18,901 bases of DNA from Ginkgo biloba (taxonomy: Eukaryota > Plantae > Ginkgophyta), in assembly GCA_024626585.2 (NCBI GenBank), contig JANKJI020000002.1:58077047-58095947 (forward strand), given 5' to 3'. Both the position numbers and the translations under genes were made by a program. Below the pieces are notes generated by a model. It did no database searches and had not been told where the DNA came from. It was given only the letters and a program-made list of their open reading frames with translations. Shown here piece by piece: positions 1 to 11,169 of the stretch (the first letter of the stretch is position 1; every line of letters starts with the position of its first letter).

Positions 1-14
1 AAATCCATGATAGG

Positions 15-450
15 AAATAAGGTGACGACAAGATTTACTCTGTTTAGTTGTTTTGTGGACAAGCAAGAATGATGTCATTAGAGTTTGTGATTCCTAGTCT
101 AAGGATTGCACTTGATAATAGAATTCTTGTTATTGCCAGTTTGTAACAAAGGATGCACAAATTACTTTTTTGAGATGAGTAAGGTTGATAGCTCATTGGG
201 CGAACTCAATAGCCCAAACATGATGCAAGAACTGGCATAGTAAGCATTTACAGAAGCCGAATTTTCAAGTGGGGTCACGCGTACTACAATATGATTGCAA
301 ATGTACATTTAAGCTACGAAAATGAAAATTGGATGGCTTGGACTATTTATAGTGATCTAGATTTATGAGAATGATTTAATACCACCCTCCAATTTTGATG
401 GTTCCAAATGGGAAGGAATAATGAATTAGTCTAAGTAAAATATATATCAT
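15..450 (+). mobile_element. Decayed Ty3/gypsy (non-chromovirus, Athila/Tat-like) integrase C-terminal region
   Basis: Manual translation across frameshifts: NKVTTRFTLF-LFCGQARMMSLEFVIPSLRIALDNR...SL*QRMHKLLF*DE*-LIAHW...WHSKHLQKPNFQVGSRVLQYD...K-KIGWLGLFIV...NFDGSKWEGIMN*SK*NIYH. This matches the gypsy integrase tail pattern (TPFxLxYG, W.GP[FY], LDG..VNGSKLK.Y) and is collinear with 17410-17851. Confidence 0.88.
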
Positions 451-818
451 CTATCAACAAAGCTAACTATGAGTCTCAAAGTATCAGATGATATTGAGGT
501 ATGGTTTATCAAGATAGAAGTTGAGTAAGTGAAAGTAGCAACATTTATGGCATAGAAGACAGGGTTTGGGACTCTGTCTAAATTGATGAAATTTTTTTAA
601 CGTTATCAATGTGATTATGGAGGCAACATGAATCCAATTAATCTCAAGCTATCTCAAGTGATTATTTGTTTTGTAAAATTATGGAGTGTGAATAAGGGAG
701 AATCTCTAGTAGATCAAAGGACCCACGGAGAAAGCGAGTGAGGGCTTAATCCAATTCGGACCTAACATTCAAAGTAGGCTCCCACACTTGTAAAAATTTA
801 GACTTAAAAAGAAGTTGT

Positions 819-830
819 AAAAGAAAGGGG
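819..830 (+). other. Candidate polypurine tract (PPT) of the left gypsy element
   Basis: AAAAGAAAGGGG lies ~370 bp downstream of the integrase end and 5 nt before TGTAGG at 836. Confidence 0.55.
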
Positions 831-835
831 TCTTA

Positions 836-1550
836 TGTAGGAACACCATTTTTCTGCCTAAACAACTAAGTCATCAATTAGATGAGTACTTGAATAGTTG
901 TGGTATTGAACACCCAAACCCCTGCTACTTGAGCTCAAGCTCTCACCAAGCTCATCTCGTAAGGACACCAAGACACTGCCCAAGAGGGGCTACTTGAGAG
1001 AAAAGCATTTTTCCAGGGAGGTGGGGGTCGAGTTTGTGCATGTCGTCCATGCGGGTTCTTGTTGTCTTTTAATTGCTTAATTGTTTTTGTGTTTCTCACT
1101 CTTGGCCTGCCTTGATAAGTAGTTTCCCTCGAACAAAATAATGTAATCTAGATGGATATAGATGTTTATCTATTTAGATGGATGTGAGTTTGCATGCTGT
1201 GCCAGGAGCTAGATTTAAGATGGATGGCTTGTTTGATTTATGGCGAGAAGTTTGATGTTGATTTGTCTTGGGCCAACTGCCTGTTTCGTTTTTGAAATTT
1301 TGGGAGACCATAATTTCCCTCGCTCAAGCTTAAGTGGGGAGTGCTCGCTGGTCTCCAGCAAAGTCCTCTTTAATTTAGAACTGGCACTAGGATACATACT
1401 ATCAATTGACATAATAGAAATATATAACATGGTCCGTAGTGTAGGCATACTTGTGTAGATGCCTTCCAAGCTTATGTGGACACTCCTTAGACTTGCATGC
1501 ATTATGACCATATATAAAAACACATAAAGACCCATACCTCCTTGCCTACA
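836..1550 (+). repeat. Candidate 3' LTR (TGTAGG...CCTACA, ~715 bp)
   Basis: Begins TGTAGG after the PPT and ends CCTACA at 1545-1550 (6-bp terminal inverted repeat, TG..CA). No partner LTR is in the window, so the right end is uncertain. Confidence 0.5.
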
Positions 1551-2149
1551 TTCTTGCAGTGAGGTTTCTTTTGAGATGAGGAANNNNNNNNNNNNNNNNN
1601 NNNNNNNNNNNNNNNNNNNNNNNNNNNNNNNNNNNNNNNNNNNNNNNNNNNNNNNNNNNNNNNNNNNNNNNNNNNNNNNNNNNNNNNNCCTGGTAGTCTC
1701 ATTCAAGCATCAGAGTGAAGAGTTGAATCTAGATCAAAGTTGTTAGGAGCTAATAAGAATTATGAGGTGAGTGTTAGAAGTTAGTAAAATACCTAATTGT
1801 TTTTGAAGTTGTTGAAGTGGTTTTTGTCCAATGTAACAATTGTTGACGAAGGGTTCACCATAGGTATGAGGTGGTTTTTGTTTGGAATCTTCATTTGCTA
1901 CCTTTGCCTTTCCCTTGGTTTTTCCTATTGTTGCTTCTTTGTTTATGGTGGGGGAGGGAAATGTAGAGCTGATGTAGCTAAGCAAATGGATATGTGGTTA
2001 AGTGCACCTCCACAACAGAGGTCTTGGTAATGGTGAATCCATCTCCTAAATGCTAAAGTGTTAATGTGGGGATGGGATTTCCTAGCGATGGAAGCTTGGG
2101 GGGAGTAGTCTGGAAGGTATTGTGGTACTTGGTGATCCATCCTCAACAT

Positions 2150-3227
2150 AGGTCTTGGTGGGCAATCGTGCGACTAGATGCTTATGTCAAATGTATTTTG
2201 GAGCGGATAGGGATTGTTCCTCGAATTACTGTTCCTGTGCTTGGGAAGAAACTAGAGATTCTAAAATAGAATGAAGGGGTATGATTTGTAATCATGGGGA
2301 TCTTGGATCAATGGTGTTAGAATGTCTTGTGAACCTTAAGGCTTTGAGAGATTACCGACAGTTTCGAATTTCAAGGAGAAAGTGACAAAGCTAAGGGTGA
2401 ATCCTACAAAGGATCCAAAGAAGGCTTGAATATTAGAATTGTGATCAATTTGTGATTCAAAGGGAAATCAGGCTATGGAGATGCTTAATTTGATGACAGA
2501 GGAGTTCCATATCGCAACTGCCTTGATTTGTTGCTAACTTGTGGGAGAATAAAGGTTTAATGGCCTACTTATTTGTCTTGTTCTATACCTACAAAGAGTA
2601 ATGATATGATTGGTGCAAAATTCTATCAACCAAAATTCATATATCCTTTAACATTCGAAACCTTCTTGTGGTTTTAATTTATAACCACATATGATGGGCT
2701 TTTATTTTGATGCTATTGGAACCTCTTTTAAGCAATTGTAGCTTGGAGGTCCATTTATGTCTAGATGGAAGCAATTTGCCTTAAGTAATAATGTTGGAAA
2801 AGGGAAGTGCCCTACTATAGTTGCTAATTTCGAAGACGATAATGGTAAGATAGATCCCTTTAAGGAGGTCAAAACATCATCAAAAGCTGAGAGTTAGTGG
2901 AATTTGATGAGTTAGAAGATTTGGAACAATATTTACACAACCATGATGGATTAGAGAACATGTTAAAGTATGTCAAGGTTATTAGATCAAACTCCATTGA
3001 CACTAATAGTCATAGCTCAACTAGTAGGGCCAACAATAGTTCAAGCCTCTATCGCTTCTATACGTTTTGAGTTTTAAGAAGAGGACATATTTGCAAAGGT
3101 AGATCTTAAGGTGGTGATGGAAGCTATAACGACCACTTTGGGAGATATTGGATCACCAGAAGAGGGGATGTTGGATGGCATTAGATCAATACCCAAGCTT
3201 CCATTCTCAAATGACAAGCATTGACTC
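2150..3227 (+). pseudogene. Decayed unidentified ORF, possibly a retrotransposon accessory (non gag/pol) ORF
   Basis: Protein-like segments with scattered stops and frameshifts: SWINGVRMSCEP*GFERLPT...EEFHIATALICC*LVGE*R...PHMMGFYFDAIG...RWKQFALSNNVGKGK followed by an acidic tail (VEFDELEDLEQYL; EEDIFAKVDLKVVMEAI). No diagnostic catalytic motif. Confidence 0.3.
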
Positions 3228-6200
3228 AATAAGTTTTCCTGCTCCAATTTAAAATTTTCCATGAAGAAGGAACAAACACACATACTAGACTCTTATAAAG
3301 TGCATTAGGCATAGTATGCTAATAATAAAGATGGGGTCATGTTTCCATTTCATCATGCATACACATGTTGTTATTTCCTTGGTATTCTCATCCAATTTAT
3401 AATTTAACTAGAAATTTTGAGTTCTAAACACTAAGGAGTGTTTCCCTGTGTGATTCACCATTTGTTATTTCCCAACTCCCCCCACTCTACTTGCAAAGTG
3501 AGGGACCTCCTTTTAAGAGGGGATATAAATCAATTGTACAAGGACCTCATCTATATTTTCATGACATTCTGAGACCAGATCTTGAAATCCTAAATTTCTC
3601 TAGATGGTTCATATTAACCTCCCAATGCATAAGAAATTCCAATACTAGTCAATTCATTTTTACACACCATCTCGGGGTCTTCTAACAGGGCTTGTTTATA
3701 TGTCCCATAGAAACCAAAGCTTTTAGAGCAAACCCGCACATAACAAGAGTAAAAGTGCTCGAGAATACCTTGGAATTTTTTAGAGGAATCTATATTTCCC
3801 TAGGAGTTAGACACGTGGCATCCATTTTAATTTCATTTATTCTTATTTTTATGTGTAAAATTATTCTTTTTACAGGTTTTATGATGAAGTGTTTTAAATG
3901 AAGGCTCTAAAGCATACAAAGTGCCACCATATGGAAATATTCTACAAGACTTCTCCTTGTAGTATATCCAAACACTTGATAAGTTTTATAAAGTGTCATA
4001 GGCCCCAAAAGTCATGAGATCATTCCACATGGAGAGATCTCATGACTCCTTGTCTCACGGTGGTTTGGCACTTGGGAAAAGAAGTTCAAAGGGATGTGAG
4101 TATGAGGAATCCTGAGGGTATGAAAAGAATAATTATCCTATTATCCCCACCTTATGGTGAAGGAATACTAAAATTCCCTGAGTCCTAGAGATCCTAAGAT
4201 GGTGCCACCTATCACAATCTTAGGTGCTCCTAGGTGTGCAAGGAATGAAATAAAAGGGAAAGCCCTAAAAGAATATGAATTCAAAATCTTCAATATGGTG
4301 ATAAGTTTACTAATCTAGATGTATATTAATAACATAAGGAAAGGGAATAGAAAAGGAAAAATACATCGAATCTAGGATTCCCAAGATCATGCCACCTAGA
4401 AAGATCTTATGGCCCCTTGTCTCTGTTAAAATTCACAACTCAAAGANNNNNNNNNNNNNNNNNNNNNNNNNNNNNNNNNNNNNNNNNNNNNNNNNNNNNN
4501 NNNNNNNNNNNNNNNNNNNNNNNNNNNNNNNNNNNNNNNNNNNNNNATGTTGGAGTAAGAGACGAGGAGACACTACTAGATTCAAAAAATATAGTAGATT
4601 TTGAAGAAGAGATAGAGGGGCTATCATAATCTTCAATTTCAGAGGAGACAAAGGAGCTCTCACTAATTTCTCCTAAAGTTGGGACTGCGGCTTGAGATGA
4701 CTAAGCTTAAAAGTAATAAAGGAATTTTGTATAGGCAACACCATTAACGAAAGCCAAGGCCATCTCAACCTCGATCAAAGTCACAACAACATTAGAATAG
4801 GGTGCTAAATGAATTGCTCAGTGGAGTAGGTTGAGTCATTGAAGTTGTTGGTATACTAACATAGGCATTGGTTAGGAGGATTGGATTGGGCTATTGCCCA
4901 AGAGGANNNNNNNNNNNNNNNNNNNNNNNNNNNNNNNNNNNNNNCTTTGATGGAGGAGATGGATCCTGATATGGAGGCTTGGACTTCTTATGTTTGAGGA
5001 TTGAATACGATAGGTTTTGAGGAGTTAGATGTTTTGGAGGAGGTAAGCATTTTTACTTGACCACTAATTTGCATGACAATGTTACATTTATGAATTCATT
5101 AGATTTACATCGGTTTCAAGAGGTGGAGTGTACCAACCCTGCCTCTTAAACTTGCATGCTAAAGATATTAAATGCTACAAAAAGCATAAGTTCTTAGAGC
5201 ACAAATGTATAAAAAAAATATTCATTGATACTAGTTAATTAAGTATTGAAGGTACAAACACATACTAGGCTTAAAAGACGAGACCATTAGGGGCGAAGGT
5301 AGAGTTAACAACATGAACTACCAATCACTGTTGGTCATCGGGGACCACCTAAAGGGGCTTATTTAGTTACCAACCAAACCTTTGCCGCATAAATGCCAAT
5401 GTCAACACAAGGCATCCTCCTTGCTTGACTCCACCCCTTGTAGCTAAATAGAGTTCCAGGCATGGGTCTCTGTCAACTCCTCTTTCGCACTAAGGTTATC
5501 TCCCTATGAGATACCTACCCCACTGGCAATATCATGCATGTTGACCACAACCATAAGTGAGCAAATAAGCACATGTGCACAAAACCATATAATAATGCAA
5601 GTTGGTTTGAGAAGTATGGTCCATTACGAGTGTTAGCACACCTCATAGCACCTAGACATCTCTTGAGGGTTCTTAGGGTGTTAGCCCTATCGACGTTGTC
5701 AGTAGTATTATGATTCCAAGCCATAAAATGCTCACTATGGGCTATGGCTTATATGGTCCCAAGCCGAACATGGTGCATCTAATGCACAGGCATGACTAAA
5801 CCTATGCCTAATAATCACTTCAGTGGTTGTCCTAATAAGACAAGATGCCATAAGGACTAGGCTTTAGGGTTTGAGACTTGACAACCAGGGAAGAGAAATA
5901 ACATATCGAATACTAATGTTCGTATATATCTAAAAACCACCATAAATGATGCAAAACAACCCATTAACTAAGGGTGTCGTATTGCAAATAGTCTAGATTT
6001 GCATTCCTATGGTAAATAGACCCATAGTCATGCATCAACCAACATAATTTAGATTTCAAAATTTTCTGTTGATGCAGAATGATAGTACGCACAGTAATAG
6101 TACATAAATAGTAAGGCTGAAATGCATACTTATAATTGTGGTACTTGGTGAATTTGGNNNNNNNNNNNNNNNNNNNNNNNNNNNNNNNNNNNNNNNNNNN

Positions 6201-6257
6201 NNNNNNNNNNNNNNNNNNNNNNNNNNNNNNNNNNNNNNNNNNNNNNNNNNNNNNNNN

Positions 6258-6414
6258 AAATAGAGTAGGTGATAAGGGACACCCCTGTTTCACCCCAGTG
6301 GTGTTGTATATGCTCTCAATGAACCTGTCTAGAGTGTGGACCCGCCTTGTGATAGCATCATATAAGGTCATGATCACCACTTGAACAATTTCTAGCACAC
6401 CAAGATGTAATCTC
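6258..6414 (-). mobile_element. Non-LTR retrotransposon (LINE, RTE-like) reverse transcriptase fragment, 5'-truncated
   Basis: LRLHLGVLEIVQVVIMTLYDAITRRVHTLDRFIESIYNTTGVKQGCPLSPTLF contains the LINE RT motif GVxQGCPLSPxLF. It runs into the gap at 6158-6257. Sequence beyond the gap (~5900-6157) may be the LINE C-terminal part. Confidence 0.9.
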
Positions 6415-6432
6415 AGAGAGAGAGAGAGAGAG
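6415..6432. repeat. (AG)9 microsatellite
   Basis: Perfect AG dinucleotide run directly abutting the 5' break of the LINE fragment. Confidence 0.95.
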
Positions 6433-6605
6433 TACAGTATGGGAGAAAAAATTGGCTAAGGAATGATGTGCAAGAGTCACCTAGGCAATTAATATTATAC
6501 CAAAAAAAGACGTTTGATTACAAAATGAGTTGATGCGTGTTTGAGTTGGTGATAGGGTACCAACCACGCTAGAAGCAAATACCTTTTCACGATGGCCATT
6601 AGTGC

Positions 6606-7250
6606 TTAAGGGAATAGTATCAACTTTTGTCTCCTTAGTTCTGTTCTAGTAACATTGGCAACCCCTTTATTGATTGTTCCTAATCTTGGGTGATCCACAG
6701 TTATTTTGGGGGTAACATATCTATAGTCCTCGTTATGTTAGGCTACACCACCACCATCAACCTCTTTGGTAGTAGTTTCTTCAGTAGTGACAATTGCAGA
6801 TCCATTGATTGTTGTTTTTAATTCTTCTTCTTCGCTTGAGTGGGATGCTGGAGTTTAGTGGAGGGGGTAGATGATAGTGGCTATTATGCGTATTGTTAGT
6901 CCTGACTTTTTATATAAGTCAGGAACAACAATAGATGTCATAGGATATTAATAGTTAGATGTCGATGGGGGGCAACTAAACGATGCTTAGATGTTGCTGG
7001 CAGTTTCTTGAAGGCACTTGAAGACTATTCGAGGATTAGTAATATGATTATCTTACTATTTGATAATGCTTTCTAGGAGTGATTGTTGGTGATTCTGTAT
7101 GTTAACTGTCTCCAATGACTACCCATTTCCATATACAGGGGTTCCATTTGCTTCTAAAGGCCTCCCATTATTTTGTGTAATCATCATTATTGTGCATACA
7201 TTGGTTTGGATTCTCAAATGGTCCCATATGTACTTACTCTATGATTATTG
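6606..7250 (-). pseudogene. Decayed ORF, copy A of the repeated Trp-rich-domain ORF (5' part missing)
   Basis: Minus strand reads NQCMHNNDDYTK*WEAFRSKWNPCIWKWVVIGDS*HTESPTITP. Further on, 6839-6606 gives ~77 codons with one internal stop (SSEEEELKTTING...RRQKLILFP*). 7076-7135 is 45/60 identical, ungapped, to 11335-11394. Confidence 0.55.
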
Positions 7251-7299
7251 AGACATATTGTTGCGACTGACATTCCAATATCTTGTTCAGTGATGTGAT

Positions 7300-8652
7300 T
7301 GATCTTTGTGTATGTGAGTGCTTCCCTGAAGTCTCAAGGCTAATCTAGATGTGTAACTTGCGAATTTGTAGTCAACAACAATTAAGAAAGCTATGAGCAA
7401 AACTTAGTTGGCAGAAATGAAAGCATTGCAAGTGGATCAAGTCATAAGAAAGAACAGCATGGGTTCAGAACTCAAAAGAAAGGCTTTAGGAAGTTTTTTA
7501 ATAGGCAACGATATCCGAGAGAGAAGTTTCAAGGTAATTTTATGCTCATATTTAACGAGGACAAGGAAATGTTCATTGCATTCCAAAAACAAGTGTCCAA
7601 GAAAGAGAGTGATGCCAATGGGAGAAATTTTGTTTCATCAGCCAAAGCAAGGGCCATCAACCCAAGGATTGTCCTCAAAGGAGGGGCAAGAAGGCATCTA
7701 ATTTGTGTAAAGGAACCAGAGAACCACAACAGAGAGTTGCATCGGTGGAGGGCAGGTTTAAAATATGTAGTTGGTACAAAATGCAAAGTTTCAGTTGATA
7801 TGTACTAGGAGACTGCGAATGTGGATACTTCTACTTTTTATGCTGGCAAAGTCAAAGCTTAGGATGCAATTGTCTTGATTGGCAATGGTTGCTGTCAAAT
7901 ATCCTATCTACAGATTTAACCATGAATCTACAATTGAATACTACTCCTTTACACTATGAATATCAAGTGGAGATGGCAGATGGAAAAAGGACAATTTTGG
8001 GATGAGTTTGCAAGAAAGGTGGCTATCTTTATTTACAGCTTTCAGGACTGATTGGACTTTGATATCATAGAGATAAAGTGACTTTGATATAAAGGTACTC
8101 ACAACCAAAGTAGAAATCATCTGATAAGTGTGATTTATAATTGTAAATGTATATATCTACAAGTTGCTGAAGATCCGCAAAACATACCTATGGGATCTGT
8201 TGTCCAGTTAAGAAGAGTTTCTTGCAAGTTGTGTAGCTCTTAATACGTTATTGTCAACATCAGAAATAGTGGTGAAGGAAGATAAGGAAGCACTTGAACG
8301 TGTAAAATTCTTATTAGAAGTTCTTTTTTTATGCATTTTCAGATGACTTACCTAGTGGAAAGAGATACTGATCACAGTATAGAATTGGAAGTGGTCATGA
8401 GACCCACTGACAAGTTGCCTTGAGATTAAATCATGGAGAAAAGGAGGTAGTATAAAGGCAGATTAGGATCTCCTATAGAAAGGATTCATCTAGCCATCCA
8501 AGTCTCCTTTTGCTACTCCAGTGTTGCAAGTAAGAAAGAAGGATGGTATAAGGAGAATATGCATGGAATATAGATCCTTGAACAAGGTCAATTTACAAAA
8601 TAAATATTGTTGCCCACGGATTAATGATTTGTTGGATACCTCGGTAGCAGCT
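7300..8652 (+). mobile_element. Decayed Ty3/gypsy chromovirus-type gag-protease-RT(N-terminal) fragment
   Basis: Protease: GKVKA*DAIVLIGNGC (LIDSG-like site at 7875-7889) ...YQVEMADG. RT start at 8335-8652: ERDTDHSIEL...[55 protein letters not shown], matching PSxSPxxAPVLFVxKKDGxxRMCxDYRxLNK...PRIDDLLD. It stops abruptly before the catalytic aspartates. The gag boundary is approximate. Confidence 0.88.
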
Positions 8653-9758
8653 ATTTTAATTATTAAAAGAAGGTGTTTGTTAAAGTTTTCTGTTTTATAA
8701 AGTGGCTTTTCTTAGCTGTTTCTCTTACGAAAAAGTTTCATTTTTAAAACATTAGTATGAAACATGTTTTCCACAATTGTGAAACACATTCTGGGGTAAC
8801 CCTTAGTAATTTTGCATTTGGTGAGAGATATTTTTAGGGACTTCTTAAAATATGGGGAATTTGTTAAAGTCATGTGAATTTGTCAAAATGATACCCATTT
8901 ATAAAATTATAAAGTGAAATAATAATCAAAGCTACGAGTAGAAGTTGCACTTTATGCAATTTGTTCATTATCATGGTGTAAGATAATTCATAAAGCTTGA
9001 TTGATTTACAATCTCCATACAATTAATATCTAGATTCCATTGGTAGATTAAGGAAACTGTACTCTTGTGGGGTGGTTAATTCATCTAAACATAGCAAAAA
9101 GTNNNNNNNNNNNNNNNNNNNNNNNNNNNNNNNNNNNNNNNNNNNNNNNNNNNNNNNNNNNNNNNNNNNNNNNNNNNNNNNNNNNNNNNNNNNNNNNNNN
9201 NNCTACACTTATTCCAGAGTGTTGACATGCTTGTAATTGGAATGCTGGAGAATATGCTGTCTAAAACATAGGTACTGAATGCAAGCTTTTAACATTTGTT
9301 TCCTTTTTCGTTAACTGGCTCTGTTGTTTTTAGCTAATAGTGATTTTTGTGTGAGTGATGTTCATAAGAAAGTATTCAATTTGCCAAATAGAAATTTCGG
9401 CTTTCAGACAGTCCATAGCTACCTGTTTCATTAGAAAACAAAAAGGGCATTGATTGACTCTTTTTGGTGAAGATGTAAGTTTTAGAGAGAATTCAATGAA
9501 TCAGCACAAGTGTAAGTGCTGGATCCCATTTCTGATGCAATGTTTGGGTTTATTCCTCCACATCTGTTATGTGCCCTTTTTGTTTAGCAAAAGTAAAATG
9601 ATATATAGTGAGAATTTAGATCCATTTCTTACATTGCTTCAAAATATTTTTGATAAACATGGTGGGAATGTGGAGTTTATAATTTGCATTCACATTCTCT
9701 AATTGTTTTCAAGTAACTTTTGTTCTTTAATATGAAATGGCATCTCATGTGATTGCAG

Positions 9759-9889
9759 GTAGCAATTAGATTTCAAGTCCCCCCCAGCTGTGACATTTCA
9801 CATTTGATTATAGATTTGATATCGCATTTGGGTTTGAAGACTGATGAGAGTGGTGGTGGCTCAGAAATGATTTTGCGTGCTTGGGACAG
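9759..9889 (+). CDS. Internal coding exon (131 bp, phase 0 to 2) of a host gene, probably a plant AAA+ ATPase (At4g04180-like, N-terminal region)
   Basis: Acceptor ttgcag|GTA and donor GACAG|gtatgt flank an open frame VAIRFQVPPSCDISHLIIDLISHLGLKTDESGGGSEMILRAWD(S). The flanks (9203-10430) are T-rich and not TE-like. The family assignment is from my recollection of the motif GGGSxMxLRAWDS(AVAWQL) and needs BLAST confirmation. Confidence 0.8.
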
Positions 9890-11169
9890 GTATGTGCAAA
9901 CTCTGATTCAGGGGTTCCTTTGCACATAATGTACAATAAGCTTATATTGTCTGCTGAATGCCTCAAGATAATGAATTATTCAATTTTATTTGTAGATGAG
10001 ATCTCTTCGCTTCTTGTTAGTTTATCACAGGAAGAGCCTGTCATTGCATTCATAATTTTTGGAATCCTGTGTTTCCCTTGTCAGGAGTGCACATTATTTC
10101 AAATTATCAAAAGAAGTATGAACTGTGGATTAAACCAACCTTTACATTGAGCAAGGTTGGAGTGGTATGCTCCTCTATAATGGCTAAGAAAAAAATTTAA
10201 ATATAAAGGCTCTTAAACTGATGTAGAAGACTTTATGAAACTGCCCAAGACAAAGAATGCCTTTCAAATGTCTAAATGTGAAATGCTACATCAAGGAATT
10301 ATAACTATTATGCCATAAGACACTATATGAATACAATGAACTTCTTCCCTTGAGTGATTATCATAGGTTTTTAATCCCTGTATTGTAATTAATTTCTATG
10401 GCATATCCATCTATTGCATGCATGCATTCAGTNNNNNNNNNNNNNNNNNNNNNNNNNNNNNNNNNNNNNNNNNNNNNNNNNNNNNNNNNNNNNNNNNNNN
10501 NNNNNNNNNNNNNNNNNNNNNNNNNNNNNNNNCTCCGAACTAGTGAGCTTCTCTAAAACAACTCCCATGATTCCACTTTTGCTAGCCATTTGTTTAGAAA
10601 TTTAACAAGAAAAAAATATGGACACACAAAAAAGACACTCCAACTAAGAGTTTGACACCCCTTGTTTTGAATAGTCTCTATCTAATGTATGCAGAGTATT
10701 GCACTTGTACTCGTCCTTGGATTTGTTCCCAACTTCTCAGTCGGTTTGTATGCCAACTAAGTTGATCAACCCGTTGAATGTTTTTTTCTACTTCCCAATC
10801 TTTTGCTTTATCCTACACCCAATTTTTATATCTTGCACTTCAATCCACTTTCCACCTTCTAAATCAAGGGAATTCATTAAAGGTCAATTTATTGAATTTC
10901 TTGGTCTTTATCTTTATTCTCCTAAAGTAAACAAATGGGGAGGGAGTCTTATGGGCTAGGCAGGCAAATCTTCATTTTAATGGATAGGTATTAGTAATCA
11001 AATGTGTAAAGCATATATGAATTAAGGCTTAGCCATGTGCAAAGTTAAGCATGTAAACATTAGTGAATGTGTGGGCAAGCATTTGATCAATTGGTTATGG
11101 GCATGTACTATATACGAATAAAAGATAATTTGGGAACTTGCTTAAACATTGACAAAAGAAAGGTAAGTT

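Noticed and set aside
1689-2150. Pro/Gln/Lys-rich minus-strand frames suggestive of a gag N-terminus
   Set aside because: Low complexity, no conserved gag motif, PBS or adjoining pol.
4547-5900. Ser/Pro-rich frames and GATTTACA-TCGGTTTCAAGAG (~5102-5122) resembling an LTR end plus tRNA-Met PBS
   Set aside because: Several mismatches to TGGTATCAGAGC and no downstream gag. Likely TE-derived but unassignable.
8715-8805. GAAAC/GTTTC-rich stretch ending GGGGTAACCCT, like a DNA-transposon subterminal region
   Set aside because: No partner TIR or TSD visible, and the sequence is too degenerate.
9218-9271. Possible small exon (ttccag|AGT...TAG|gtactg) upstream of the real exon
   Set aside because: All three frames contain or end in a stop, and there is no resemblance to the expected upstream peptide.
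9881-10150. 89-aa ORF
   Set aside because: It reads through the splice donor into T-rich intron sequence and has no recognisable motif.
10936-10960. GGGGAGGGAG-TCTTA-TG resembling the PPT/LTR junction at 819-840
   Set aside because: No similarity to the 836 LTR afterwards, no upstream integrase and no matching terminal repeat found.
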